Below are positions 41,274 through 54,953 of a stretch of DNA of 64,000 bases, one piece after another. The notes beneath the pieces were generated by a model. The model worked only from the letters and a program-made list of their open reading frames with translations, did no database searches and was not told the DNA's origin. How positions within the stretch are numbered: the stretch's first letter is position 1; each line of letters starts with the position of its first letter. The DNA comes from Octopus vulgaris (Eukaryota), in contig OX597822.1 of assembly GCA_951406725.2 (NCBI GenBank), forward strand, positions 112,468,001-112,532,000, in the 5' to 3' direction. The position numbers were made by a program, and so were the translations under genes.

Positions 41274-41697
41274 AGGTGTGGCTGTGTGATAAGATGCTTG
41301 TTTCCCAACCATTTGGCTCCGGGTTCAGTTCCACGGCGTCGCAACGTGGGCAAGTGTCTTCTACTATAACCTCGGGCCGACTAAAGCCTTGTTAATGGGT
41401 TTGGTAGACAGAAATTGAAAGAAGTGCGTCGTATGTGTGTGTGTGTGATTTGTGCCCCACTACCGCTTGGCAACCGGTGTTGATGTGTTTACGTCCCCGG
41501 AATTTGGTGGTTTGGCATATAACCGGCTTAAAAAAATAAGTATAGGTGACAATTCATTCGACTGAAATTTCTTGAAGGTGGTGTGCCAGCATGGCTGGAG
41601 TCTCCTGACTGAAGCAAGTAAAATTAAAAGATAAGAGACATAAGGTGTTGCTCCAGCATGGCTGCAATCTAATGAATGAAACAAAATAATAAAAGAA
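41274..41697 (+). mobile_element. SINE family A, diverged, with extra tail fragment
   Basis: Match to family A. Confidence 0.85.
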
Positions 41698-41705
41698 TAT
41701 ATGTG

Positions 41706-42104
41706 TATGTGGTAAGTAGCTTGCTTACCAACCACATGGTTCCGGGTTCATTCCCACTGCGTGGCAACTTGGGTAAGTGTCTTCTACTATAGCCTCAGGC
41801 CGACCAATGCCTTGTGAGTGGATTTGGTAGACGGAAACTGAAAGAAGCCCGTCGTATATATGTACATATATATATGTGTGTGCGTGTTTGTGTGTCTGTG
41901 TTTGTCCCCCCCAACATCGCTTGACAACCGATGCTGGTGTGTTTACGTCCCCGTCACTTAGCGGTTCGGCAAAAGAGACGGATAGAATGAGTACTAGGCT
42001 TACAAAGAATAAGTCCTGGGGTCGATTTGCTCGACTAAAAAAGGTGGTGCTCCAGCATGGCCGCAGTCAAAATGACTGAAACAAGTAAAAAGTAAAAGTA
42101 AAAG
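41706..42104 (+). mobile_element. SINE family A
   Basis: High-identity match to 1785-2198. Confidence 0.9.
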
Positions 42105-42120
42105 TATATATAAACGATAG

Positions 42121-42173
<53 letters not shown>

Positions 42174-42448
42174 GAGAGAAGAGAGAGGAGAGAAGAGAAA
42201 GAGAGGGAAACATATCTGTGTCTGTAAATATAAGCACGTGCCACATAAGATTTTTGTACAAGGCTTAAAAAGGGAAAAAAGAATAAGTACAGGGGCCGAC
42301 TCATTCGACTAGAAATTCTTGAAGACGGAGCTCCAGCATGGCCGTAGTCTTGATTGACGCAAGTAAAAAGTAAAAGAGAAAAGATATATGCACACACACA
42401 CATACACACACACACACACATACACACACACACACATATATATATATA

Positions 42449-42488
<40 letters not shown>

Positions 42489-43999
42489 TGAGAGAGCGGG
42501 AGAGAGAGAGAGAGAGGGAGAGAGGGAGATATAAACCTGTGTCTGTAAATATAATCACGTAACACAAGATTTTTGCTAGCATGTGATAATCACGAGAGTC
42601 ATTTATTGAAACAGATCGATACTGCTCTCATTATTTGGCCCTCAGCAGAAAGAAGCTGGTCTTCGATTGTTCTAGCATGACTTGTAAATATTTCTTACCG
42701 CAGTGTTAGCTTACCTGTGCGAAAGAGGAGGAGATAGATAGATAGATAAAAAGAGAGCCAGAGAAAGACAGAGAGAGAGAGATAGATAGAGAGAGAGAGA
42801 GAGAGAAAGAAAGAGAGGGAAGAGGGGGTTAAGTCGAAATATAATCAGATTTAGTGTTTTACTGCTGTTCTTTCGCTCTTTAATAGTACACACCTTTAAT
42901 TGATTGTTTTTTCAATGTTTTAATTTATTTAATCCTATGTAATAACTGCAGCACGCCGACCATCGTTTAACACATTTAAACAACGAAGAAAAAGAAGAAA
43001 AAGAAGAAAAAGTAATGAAATATTTTAATGAATGTCTGATGTTTAATGAAAGTCTGCGATCTGGAATGCGAAATACAGTTGTAAAGACAGTTCAGTTGAT
43101 ACGAAAATGAAGGTTATTGTATACTGCTAGCTTTACATCAGATAAAGGTCACGTGATCTGTGTCAAGCGTTACAACAGAGAGATAGCTCAATTTATAATG
43201 TAACTTCATTGTATGTAATTTTCTTTTCTTTTACATCTTAGCAAATTTTGCTATCTAAATCTCGTTTTTAAATTTTACCTGACTTTACCTGCGATTTTTT
43301 ACTTTCATTTTCGTTGGTTCTAATTAAGTATAAGTTTTGTAATGCTCAGCACATGTGCCAGGTGAGAGACCTGACATCTGGAGATCTAATTTGATAATCA
43401 TATAAACCAAAGGTTCTCAGCCCATTTTGGCCAAACGCCCCTTTTTGACCTTTGGAGTCACAAATGTCCCCCTCCACTAGAAAATATTTTTCTTTTTCAA
43501 TATACTACTTATTTTGATATCAGCAGATAATGACTAAAAGAAGAAAGGACATCGTTTTACACATGCGATTGTACGCAGTCGGGAGAACAGATGTACAAAT
43601 TAAAATGCAAAAAAAAAAGGAGAAAATGAAATAATAAAAACAAATATACATACACACACATACACAAATATAAAACAGCTCCAAAATCAGCAACTCCCAA
43701 AATCCAGTTTGGTCCAAAATTCTGACCACCGTCCTTTATATATTTGCTCACAAACACACACATACATACACATTCAGCTTTTCGCTTTTATTCATTATTT
43801 TTTTCTTTTAGTCACCTATTACTATTCATCTGATTTTAGTTTTTGTTTTTGTTTTGGGGGTTTCACTTAAGCGACACCAGTTACACATGGTACCAGGAAT
43901 TTGCTTGGTGTCGTCAAACTGGAAAAAGTGTTTTTTTAAATTTTTGAAAATTTGAAGCAAAAAGGTTTTTAAAACTGACCGTCGCAGAGATGTGAAAAT

Positions 44000-45260
44000 A
44001 TGGCTACTACTCGTAAATTTCAAATTAAACTTACAAAAGTTGAGGGTCTTCTAGCGCCCCCAACGCCCCCCAAGTCTCTTAACGCACCCTTAGTGCCCCT
44101 TTGCTCCAAAACACCCCTCAAGCTCCAAATGCCCCCGGAGGCCATTGATGTAAATCATTACAGGCTGTACTTGGTTGGGCCATCGGCAGCTAGATCGGCA
44201 ACTGCACCATGCATTTGGACATCGTGTGGTGTGAAAAACAAGATCTACAAAAAGGGTGGATGAACTGCGGTGAGTCAGCAGCGATCCTGTACCGACTTGA
44301 TGCTCCATGATATCACCTTGTTGCAGTGGTTGTAGAATCATAACTAATTGAAAAGTGAAGGTGAGGATAACTTTACAGAGCTGAAAAAAATGTAGCACCG
44401 ATGACCTAAATGCTTCGATCAAAAATCACCTTAACGATAGTACTCAAATGGAACAAAATCTTACCACTGAAGTCCGTCAAAACGGCGACAGGGAAGACAA
44501 CGGAGAGAAATGTCCTGGAAAGAGATGTAAGTGAGTCTCCGAAATCATGGAAAATACTACAGAAACCGAACAGCATGAATACAAGATGGTTCTCGCTTCC
44601 TAATATGCAGAGTTTGACATGGTTAAATTTGTTCTACGTAAATTAACAAGAAAACATCAAAATGGTTAGGAACGATATAGCCAAACCCACCATAAATATC
44701 ACCAGACTCTCACAAAAGCACACAGGCGAGATGACGTTGCAGTTGTTGCTGATTTTAGTTGGATGTGTAGTTGTATGCTGGACTGAAAGACGTAAAGAGA
44801 CCTGAAGGGGGAAAATACTTAACCACTTTGCTGATAAATTTCACTAAACGCTCAATGGACAAGGACACACCAATAGGAAATGTACTGCTTCCCATTACTG
44901 ATATATCATTGAATGACTCCCCAAATGTAGAGGCGAGTTTGGTTTCAAGCAGCTCCCTCTCTCGTAGAAGGACGCCATGAATGGGTGGGATGCTAGGAGA
45001 AGTGTGGGAAAATAGCGAAGATAGATCCATCTGATGTCTCCATCACTTGATTCCGAAATAATAAAAGGCTGGGAAAGTCTTATAATATACTGGCCTTTTT
45101 AAAGTAGGGTATGATAAGCCAAAGAACTGTCTCGAGAAGTGGTTGATAGTCAACCTGTGGAAGATAGCATTTTAGAACCACCAACTGTAGAAGATGGTAG
45201 CTTAGAGCCACAAATTATTGAGAAATCACTAAAATTTGTTTGCAAATTCAATCGTTAATC
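44000..45260 (+). pseudogene. Heavily decayed coding-like segment, possibly a gag/ORF1-like retroelement remnant
   Basis: Higher GC, several short ORFs, a HAFGH/Cys cluster near 44205-44340 and a 30-bp coding-type tandem (QPVEDSILEP/PTVEDGSLEP) at 45151-45210. Confidence 0.3.
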
Positions 45261-45709
45261 CTAGCACTATAAATTTAGAAAACCTTGGTCAGAAAATAAA
45301 TCCAGCTGAAATTCTTATCAAAATGTAAGAAGGAAAAACTGGAGATCAAATCGGAAGGAAAACTCAAACACTTTAGCCATCTGAGTGCGAAACCCAGTTT
45401 CAACTACAAGCTGGAATCAATTCCTCAAGCTAGTTAATGGCATTGAAAGAAGCATCAAAGCCATAACTGCTTATTCTCCTCTTCTAAATATCTCCCACAT
45501 CCGAATGATAAACCAATATTGATGATTATTACAAAATTATTAATTTGGTAGCGATGGTCATTTGATTCAAAGGAAATCTCTTAAATATGTTATTTGGAAT
45601 ACGAGAGTCACAACCTCCCTTTTTTTGTTTAATTGCTTTCCTGCAAATATTACATTTTGTGGTCCTCGATGATTAATACTGGCCCAGTCATTCTTCAATT
45701 TATTCCAAA

Positions 45710-46104
45710 CTAGCAGTATCGCCCGGCGTTGCTCGGGTTTGTAAGGGAAATAACTATGTAAGCATTTTTAGAGATGTAAAGTATAATAGCCATCTCAATA
45801 TGGCTAACCACAAAGGGGGATGTTACTGTAGCTTTTTACGTTCTGAGAATTAATGATAAATTTTTAGAGAGTTACTTCCCTTATATATACCAAAAATGCA
45901 TTAAAAATGGGAAAAATTGATGGTAAATTTTTTTTTAAATCGTAGAATCATTGTAGACGCGCGCTAATACCCAGAAGGGCTCGATATGAATCACGACTAT
46001 AAGATACCCGGTTTTGGTTAAACTGTACCGCAAAATGTGTGAGTAGTTAGGAATCTAAATCGTAGGAGACAGACAGCACACAACCTTACTTTTATATATA
46101 AAGA
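45710..46104 (-). mobile_element. Non-autonomous Helitron
   Basis: Reverse complement of the 22124/52068 family, with TC...hairpin...CTAG termini in an A|T site. Confidence 0.9.
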
Positions 46105-47215
46105 TTTCATATCAAGATCCGTCTTAATCTCGAAATTTATCGAGTTGAATAAGGTCGCTTATTCTGTAAAAAAACAAAAAAAAACAAAACAAACAAACTA
46201 AAGAGTTCCTACTTTTATTGTGGATTTCAGTCAATATAGTTCTGTAAAGAACATGGTGCTAATATATTAGTCCTGTCGTCTGTTTTGGATTTTAAGAAGA
46301 AAACACCGGACGTCATTTGTAATGTTCATTGTCAATCAGTGCAAAATTTCGAATTGGAATTGTTTATTTCAGGATTCCAGGAAGATAACCTTTACGATGC
46401 GATATGTCTTGAAGGCGATCCGCATCATATAATTTGCTAGGTTTGTGACATTTAAAGATTGTTTTTCTCTGTGAACTGAATTCTTCGTTTTGGTGTTGTG
46501 TGTCTGTATATGAGTGTATTTACAATGGAAAATAGCTGGGGAAATAAGCGTAATGTATTTAATTATTTCCAAAAGCAAGACTTTTACCACATATTATATA
46601 CACTCACACATATGCACGATCACGCGCGCAAACACAAATACATGTATGTATGTACGTTTGTATGTAATACAAAAATAAAAATGCTACATAATTTTCTCAA
46701 AAAGAACATGGTTCTCCAAATGTTTACGGTCAATAGATATTTGAGACCAATGTGAGAGATTCTTTGATTGAAACACAAGAATTTGCGAAATATACTCAAA
46801 TACTTTAGAGGTGATTATGTGTAAATAATTGCGGAAGTTTCTGCATTGGAATTGTCAGGAAACAACATGGAATGGAAACTGGTGAAATCATTTAACATTA
46901 AACAACTTAATTGATTGCGAAGAAAATTGACTGACAAGAAAAACAGGAGTAAATAGAACGGCGACAGAAGATGACAGACGACACAACAAATGCAACGCTA
47001 ACAAACATTTCCTTCGTGAAAACGTCACAACTCGGTCTTGTTTGTGTTTTAAGGTGAATTACATTTCCGCCATGATGATAATGGAGGTAGGGGAGTGGGA
47101 AACGGCAAAGTGGTGTAATTATAGCAATAATATATCGATCTGATCGGTATAATTAATGGGTTGATTCTTGCTTAACAAACCGTGACGAAAGAGAAAGAGA
47201 TTTGTTAATGGAAAC

Positions 47216-47258
<43 letters not shown>

Positions 47259-48518
47259 TAGAAAGTGTGAGAGAGAGACATATGGAGAGATAAGTTTAAT
47301 GGAAACACAAAAATACGCAGAAAGAGAGGGCGAGGATGAGAGAGAGAGGGGAAGAGAAAGGGGGAGGGGAAGTGAGAGAGGGAGAGCGGGAAGGGAGAGA
47401 AAGGGGAAGAGAGAAAAGGAAAGGATGAGAAATGGGGAAGAGAGATAGTGAGAGACAGAAGTGTGATTGTGGGGAGAGTTAATGTGGTTTATTGGTGTAG
47501 AAATGTTCGTTGCTATTTGAAACAATTCACTAAAAATCTGTAACATTTGCTATTTTTAAACATTTTTCTTCTTGAAATTCCTTCACAGAAATCTATTTTC
47601 GTCAAATAAGTAAAGTCTTTCATAAAATGATGCACCACCCAAGTGTCTGATTCTTGAAAGTAATTATATAAATAAATGAATGCAGTAACCACTTATTAGC
47701 AAATTGGCAACAGTGTCAGTGGTGTCACTTAATTTAAAGACACAAAAATCCATATTGATGGATTAAACGCTTTATCCGTTTATAGAAGCTCTTACGAGTC
47801 AAACTAAATAAACAATTTTTTAAAGAAACGTTTTAGATTACATAAGTTTAAACACGAACATTTTATTCTAGTCTTTTGCAATTACTCACTGTTTAAAAGA
47901 AACACATTGAAAAGCTGTCACAAGTGCATTAAACACGAGAAACCTATAATTACATAGCACTAAAACTTGCGATGCATTTCAGCTTATTCTTGACCACTTC
48001 TTCTCTGATCAACTATTTTATTTAGCCATCACAACAGATGTTATGATGATATAACCAAATAATTATTAAACAGTTTATAGCAGAATATAATATCAAATAT
48101 TGAAATTAAAATAGCTTTTGTTTTTTGTCAAAGTGTTAAGTGACGTTTATATTTTTAGCTCCATTATTGTCAATAACTGTATTACGTAACAAAGTGTTTG
48201 CGATTAAAATGACATTATTTTAACAAGTAAAATATTCTCTTTCTACTTTTGTATTGTCTGAATCGTGATTAAATGATCAGAAAACAAAAATAAAAAACGT
48301 TTTATCATCAATAGTATTTCATCTGTCTATTCTTTTTCAGTATAATAGTTTGCTTCATTTAGCACCGTCTAGCTCAGGGCATAACCCTCCTTACTCTCTT
48401 TCTCTCTTTCTGTTGTTCTTAGCTGGTCTGAAGTCAGATAAATAAGGTAGGTGAGGGTAAACGTCCCATCTAGTGCATACCATTGCTCTAGAGACAGGAT
48501 CTGAACATAACCTTTTAA

Positions 48519-48730
48519 CCCTTTGCCTGTTCAAAACATCTTCTTACGTATATTAAACGTCCATGTTTGTTTTCAGATTTTTAGTTAGCCTTTGTTTCTG
48601 AATAACATAAAACGCTTCCAAATTACTCTGGTGGTCGAAAAAAAATTGGAAATGTGTATCATGTGTGATGCATGGACGCTTGGGAAGTATGTCTCGTGTA
48701 TCACATATGATACTTGGGGTAGGTGAAGGG
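48519..48730. mobile_element. piggyBac-type MITE
   Basis: TTAA-CCCTTTGCCT ... AGGTGAAGGG-TTAA; internal inverted cgtccatg/catggacg. Confidence 0.6.
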
Positions 48731-48924
48731 TTAAATATAAAGTTGATCCCTTACCCACCCGTATTTTGAAACTTGGTACTTTTGTTGTTTAGCTCTACGC
48801 CATTCCGGATTGAGTAGGGCAAAAGTTTATCAGAGTTGAAGCAGCCAAGCCATTCCGTTATTCAAGGCGCTCAGCCATGGTTTAAAAGACAGTAAGTAGG
48901 GTGCGATTGCGAGGGAGATTTAGT

Positions 48925-49447
48925 TGAGGCGGGATTCTGGTTTAAGCACCCCAAATAATTAATCCCTTATAACTTTTTTTTATTTTTTGAAATTTTCAGA
49001 AAGTTTTTGCGAATTTCTGTTCTACACACGAGAATTTATACGATTATGAAAAAAGTATTTAATTTTTTAAATCCTCCTTCATAAATCCTAAAATTTTCAC
49101 TCTTTAAAATTTTTTAATCAGAGTTTAAAATACGGACAGTCAGAATAATTTGCTTAAATCTCAGCAGTGGACCCCATAAATGAGTTTATGGGGAGGAAGA
49201 ATATAGAAAGAGAAATCAGTTACATGTCAGAGTGACGACTGGGGATGGTATCAAGTGGTCATGGGGTGTGCTAAAAACAAGCTAAGTCACCCTTATATCA
49301 CAAACACACAAAAATATATTTTTCATTTTTCATAATCATATGAATTCTCATGTGTAAAACACAAATACGCAAAAATTTTCTGAAATTCCCCCAAATAAAA
49401 AACTTATGATCGGCTATATGGGGTTCTTAAACCTGAATTCTACCTTA
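48925..49447. mobile_element. MITE/foldback element with long imperfect inverted repeats
   Basis: gattctggtttaagcacccc...gagaatttatacgattatgaaaaa is mirrored by tttttcataatcatatgaattctc...ggggttcttaaacctgaattc (arms of about 130 bp). Confidence 0.75.
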
Positions 49448-50011
49448 TCTGATATATTCAAATAACCAAAGAACTACGTACAGACTTTCTCGTTGGCTGT
49501 ACAAATATTCACTTATCTATGTACATCTGTACAATGGAATACTTCATTGGAGAAATTCTATTTTCTATTATTTTCAACAAACCTCTATTTTTACTTTTTC
49601 ACGATTTACAGAGTTTATCATCGAACTTTAAAATTACTATAATTACCATAAATTGATATAATTACGACAATTAAGATCTATGTAGTTTTATTATCATTAC
49701 CGATATTAATCGCTAACATCAAAATAATGGAAACCCTGAAACGATATCCATTAGATCATATCACACATTTTAATAAGTAATGGTTGGTTTGTAATATTTA
49801 TTTTACGCTATTTTAGCCATTCATACTTCAAAATGTGTAAAACTATCCGAGCTATCGATCTGATTCATTAAGAAGGCCATGAAGATAAAAGGTCATAATC
49901 ATTTCTACTTTCCTCACATCTTAACTGGCCAAAATAAGCGGATTTTCATTGTATGAACAGAAGATATAAAGTCTAGCGCATTAGTTTATAGTAACCTTCC
50001 ACCATATATTG

Positions 50012-50698
50012 CCTTCTTCTTCTTCTTCTTCTTCTTCTTCTTCTTCTTCTTCTTCTTCTTCTTCTTCTTCTTCTTCTTCTCCTCCTCCTTCTTCTTCTTC
50101 TTCTCCTCCTCCTTCTTCTTCTTCTTCTTCTTCTTCTTCTTCTTTTCCTTCTTCTTTTCCTTCTTCTTCTTCTTCTTCTTCTTCTTCTTCTTTTCTTCTT
50201 CTTCTTCTTCTTCTTCTTCTTCTTCTTCTTCTTTTCTTCTTCTTCTTCTTCTTCTTCTTCTTCTTCTTCTTTTCCTTCTTTTCCTTCTTCTTTTCCTTCT
50301 TCTTCTTCTTCTTCTTCTTCTTCTTCTTTTCCTTCTTATTTTCTTCTTCTTCTTCTTCTTCTTCTTCTTTTCCTTCTTCTTTTCCTTCTTCTTCTTCTTC
50401 TTCTTCTTCTTCTTCTTTTCCTTCTTCTTCTTCTTCTTCTTCTTCTTCTTTTCCTTCTTCTTTTCCTTCTTCTTTTCCTTCTTCTTTTCCTTCTTCTTTT
50501 CCTTCTTCTTTTCCTTCTTCTTCTTCTTCTTCTTCTTTTCCTTCTTCTTTTCCTTCTTCTTCTCCTCCTTCTTCTCCTTCTTCTTCTTCTTCTTCTTCTT
50601 CTTCTTCTTCTTCTTCTTCTTCTTCTTCTTCTCCTCCTTCTTCTCCTTCTCCTTCTTCTTCTCCTTCTTCTTCTTCTTCTTCTTCTTCTTCTTCTCCT

Positions 50699-50730
<32 letters not shown>

Positions 50731-50842
50731 TTCTTCTTTTCCTTCTTCTTTTCCTTCTTCTTCTTCTTCTTCTCTCTTCTCCTTCTTCTCCTTCTCTTTC
50801 TTCTTCTTCTTCTTCTCCTTCTCCTTCTTCTTCTTCTTCTTC

Positions 50843-50874
<32 letters not shown>

Positions 50875-51098
50875 CTTCTCCTCCTCCTCCTCCTTCTCCT
50901 CCTCCTTCTTCTCCTCCTTCTTCTTCTTCTTCTTCTTCTTCTTCTCCTTCTCCTTCTTCTCCTTCTTCTTCTTCTTCTTCTTCTTCTTCTTCTTCTTCTT
51001 CTTCTTTTTCTTCTTTTCTTCTTCTTCTTCTTCTTCTTCTTCTTCTTCTTCTTCTTCTTCTTCTTCTTCTTCTTCTTCTTCTTCTTCTTCTTCTTCTT
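50012..51098. repeat. ~1.1 kb (TTC)n/(GAA)n polypyrimidine-polypurine tract
   Basis: Seen directly; almost exclusively C/T on the plus strand. Confidence 0.97.
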
Positions 51099-51309
51099 CG
51101 GTTCGAAATCATTATTTATTCACCACGTTTAGGAATTTGTCAGGATGTAAGTGGTTTTATCACAGTTTCTGATGTGTTTAAACGATTGAGAAACGGTTCT
51201 GAATAGCAATGTTGCCTACTGCAGGGTTTTGGCTCATTAATACCAGCTAATAATCATTAAATGCCAGGCAATGAATCATGCCCCCCCCTCGGTACTTGTG
51301 AAAAGAAGG

Positions 51310-52030
51310 CGTACCAGGTCCTTCAGAGTTTTTGGATTGCTACTGGCGTTTGCCGCGATTTTGTATTCATAACTGAAGCGTTCTTCCTTTTCAATTTTCA
51401 CGGCTCGGTCTCGTTGAGTTTTGTACACCTCAAAAGCTGCAGTCGAATCCAGATTTTTGAATTCAGCCCAAGCAATATCTCTGAGTCGAAGTTCTCGTTT
51501 AACCTTCTTCGTAAATAGCTAAGAAAACAGAGGCATCAAAGTAAGTGCAAAACCTGTGACAGGAAACAAGCCATCGATCCTTGAATATCGTACCGAAAAC
51601 TGCGATAACAGGATTTAAGTTTAGAATGGTAAAGTAAAGAAAACTACATCGATTGCATTGTGTTACCATGGCTCCCAGCATTGGAATATGTTCTTTCGTG
51701 ACATCATGTACAGGCAAGTGAATAGGGGTTTTAGTGCTCGTTCCCGTTATGAGGGACACATCTTAACAATTTCGGTAACAGAATTCCAGCATTTGACTTT
51801 TCAACATTATTTTCCCAAAATACATTTTGGAAAAGATAAAAGAAAGAATATTAATTAGTTTGGACAAATGGCCATGTCCATGATCCCTGCAGACACTCCA
51901 AGACAAGTGAAATCGATGGAATTAATGTTCCCTTTAAATAAGGTCAACCATGGTTCTTACCAAAGATTGCAGGAGTAGGGAGCTGTTCCCCCCACGAGGG
52001 ATAATTTTCCCGCAGTCATATTTGAACTCG
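51310..52030 (-). mobile_element. CR1 LINE fragment (endonuclease-RT linker)
   Basis: Own translation of 51519 down to ~51325: LFTKKVKRELRLRDIAWAEFKNLDSTAAFEVYKTQRDRAVKIEKEERFSYEYKIAANASSNPK. Confidence 0.7.
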
Positions 52031-52067
52031 CCGCTTGTATGAACAAAATGTTTTAATCGTGAAATAA

Positions 52068-52467
52068 TCTTTATATATAAAAGAGAAGTTGTGTGTCTGT
52101 CTGTCTCCTGCGATTTAGATTCCTAACTACTCCCACATTTTGCGGTGCAGTTTAACCAAAAGCGGGTATCTTATAGTCGTGATTCATATCGAGCCCTTCT
52201 GGGTATTAGCGCGCGTCTACGATGAGTCTACGATTTAAAAAAAAATTACCATAATTTTTCCACATTTTTAATGCATTTTCGCTCGGTTTATATAAGGGAA
52301 GTAACTCTCTAAGAATGTATTATTAAATCTCAGAACGTAAAAAGCAACAGTAACACCCCCCCTTTGAGGTTAGCCATATTGAGATGGCTATTATACTTTA
52401 CATCTCTAAAAATGCTTATATAGTTATTTCCCTTACAAACCCGAGCAACGCCGGGCGATACTGCTAG
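52068..52467 (+). mobile_element. Non-autonomous Helitron
   Basis: A|TC ... cccgagcaacgccggg ... CTAG|T. Confidence 0.9.
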
Positions 52468-52966
52468 TTTTATATAAATTGCTCGTTTATAAATTTGTAA
52501 GAATACAATAATTTTCTCAGCACCCATGCGTTGTCATAGGAACTGTAATTTGCCTGTATTATTTACAAGATTCCTCTTCCCATGTGGTGAATAATTCAGT
52601 TTGGTGGAGCTCATCTTTGTTTGGACAATGTCCGAAAAATGAAATGAAGCTTGAGTCAAAAATTCGTTTTGACGGGTTTCACCGTTTCTCTTGGGCGTTC
52701 AAAGCACCCAGCGTTGATTGCTATGAGTAATAGATAGAATAAAGCTAAGCCGTAGCTTTTAATGAGCTACTGGTACCATTGACGATTTCGACTGTATATA
52801 GTGTTATAAAGGAAATCCAGGCTAACAGAGGCCTCTGTTTTCTTAGCTATTTACACCGAATGGAATTCGAAGGGTTAAGAGAATGTACAATGCCAAACCT
52901 AGACTCGAACCTGCGTTTCGGATTCTACTAGTCAGAGTTTAAACACTATCATATATTATTAGTACA

Positions 52967-53188
52967 GCTGGCAGAAACGTTAGCACGTCGGGCGAAATGC
53001 GTAGCCGTATTTCGTCTGCCGTTACGTTCTGGGTTCAAATTTCGCCGAGGTCGATTTTGCCTTTCATCCTTTCGGGTTCGATTAAATAAGTACCAGTTAC
53101 GCACTGGGGTCGATGTAATCGACTTAATCCGTTTGGCTGTCCTTGTTTGTCCCCTCTGTGTTTAGCCCCTTGTGGGTAGTAAAGAAAT
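52967..53188 (+). mobile_element. SINE family B with TSD
   Basis: TSD atatattattagtaca at 52951-52966 and 53189-53204. Confidence 0.92.
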
Positions 53189-53940
53189 ATATATTATTAG
53201 TACATTGATTAGTCTATTATTCAGAAAGCGTCTCCTGAAATATTTTCAGTTGAAACGTAACTCTTGCACTAACACGTGAGTGAATTGATGCAGTTAGTCA
53301 ATATGAAACCATTTTTTTCGGTTTGTTTATATGGATATGCTATGAAGTCATTATTTCGGTTGCATTAATATGGATGTGTTATGAATATAACATTCATAAA
53401 GCATCAGGAATATTTACATTGGTTAAATATTAGTGTCAAATCAGATTAGACGTCCAGTACTTGAGGCTAAGTATGTAATCAGTGTGTCATCGTTAACTTT
53501 TCATTTTAAGTACTGTCCAGTCATAAAGCTTTCTTAGATGAGATTTATTTCAACATATTTTATGTCTTTATTTATTTATTGTAGCTGTCTGCGTCAAATA
53601 AACGATTCTGCCTGAATTCAGCCTTGTGTAAATAAGTGAATATTAATACAGATAAGCAGTATAAACATGACAACTATTGTTAGTCTGTACAGCTTAAACA
53701 GACTTATGGCACAGAACTATCTGAGCCAACAAAGCATTCGATCACCGTTTCTAATTGTGGTCGTAGCACCACCTTCATCGTGGGGCACATTCTTTTCTGG
53801 GCTCAAATGTGTTTGCTCAGAGAGATAAGTGGTAGCATAGAGCAGGTCGAAAGTGCACAGAAACCACATTATTGGACAGGGTTGGGCCCCATTTGTATCA
53901 TTGAGTTTCATGATTATTAAAGAAAGCCTGAAAAAAAAAA

Positions 53941-54172
53941 ATTTCTTTACTACCCACAAGGGGCTACACACAGAAGGGACAAGCAAGGACAGACAAACGG
54001 AGTAAGTCGATTACATCTAGCCCAGTGCGTAACTGGTACTTATTTAATCGACCCCGAAAGGATGAAAGGCAAAGTCGACCTCGGTGGAATTTGAACCCAG
54101 AACGTAGCGGCAGACGAAATACCGCAAAGCATTTCGCCCGGCGTGCTAACGGTTCTGCCAGCTCGCCGCCTT
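53941..54172 (-). mobile_element. SINE family B with TSD
   Basis: TSD aaagcctgaaaaa at 53923-53935 and 54175-54187. Confidence 0.92.
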
Positions 54173-54591
54173 TCAAAGCCTGAAAAATATAGTCTTGGTA
54201 AGCAGTGTCCCGATTTAAATCTCGGTTACAATTTTTTCATTTCCCTTGAATCGTTGTTGCCCCTTGGGAAAGACACAGATGACCTATTTCTTCATTTGTC
54301 ATAAATATAAATTCTTGTACCTATAGAACAATTCTGTTACTAATAGCTTCCTAGATTCTAAGTCACGATTCGAAACCGAATCTACATTTTTCTACCATTT
54401 ACACTGAAGACGTTATGAAAGTCAATTGCTGCTCATAGTTCAGTTCCATTGTTTAAGTTAACATTTTTAGAGTAAATAAGGTTCAGACAGATTGGGAATA
54501 TTCCTAGTTATTAGAATAACCATAACTATAGAAATAACGGTAAACATTTACGTTGACTTTTTGTCATGTTAGCCTTGCAGCGTGATATTCT

Positions 54592-54953
54592 TGTTGGCAT
54601 CCTTTTTGTCTCGGGAGACAATGGAGTTGCGCATAAAGTAGTCTAGTCCGGTTTAACATTTCATGTCCTAATATATCTCCTGCTGTGGCTGTGTAGTCCT
54701 ATCCTGGACAAACACTCCCTCTGGCAGGTACCGCAAATGTAGCAAAGACTGTTCCTGGCTGGTTGTAATGTCGTAGCTTCTTGTTGACATCTTTTCTTGT
54801 CTTTCCATTTCTCCTCTCTCTCTCTGTTACTCATTTGTATTCCCTCTCTTACGGCACGTCGCCAGTCTCCACGGTTGCCGGCAACTGCCTCCCAACCGCT
54901 AATATTGATGTTGCAGGCCTTCATGTCCCTTTTGCAAACATCCTTGTAACGTA
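54592..54953 (-). mobile_element. RTE-BovB LINE 3' end, 5'-truncated, with TSD
   Basis: RYKDVCKRDMKACNI...WEAVAGNRGDWR...CGTCQRECLSRIGLHSHSR; TSD ttg(c/t)agcgtgatattct at 54575-54591 and 54954-54970. Confidence 0.9.

Noticed and set aside
47054-47086. 33-nt micro-exon candidate (ttttaag|...gag|gtaggg)
   Set aside because: Such splice-like matches are expected by chance; no supporting homology.
50009-51172. 387-aa Ser/Phe-rich ORF and antisense Arg/Glu-rich ORF
   Set aside because: Translation of the TTC repeat, which has no stop codons; not evidence of a gene.
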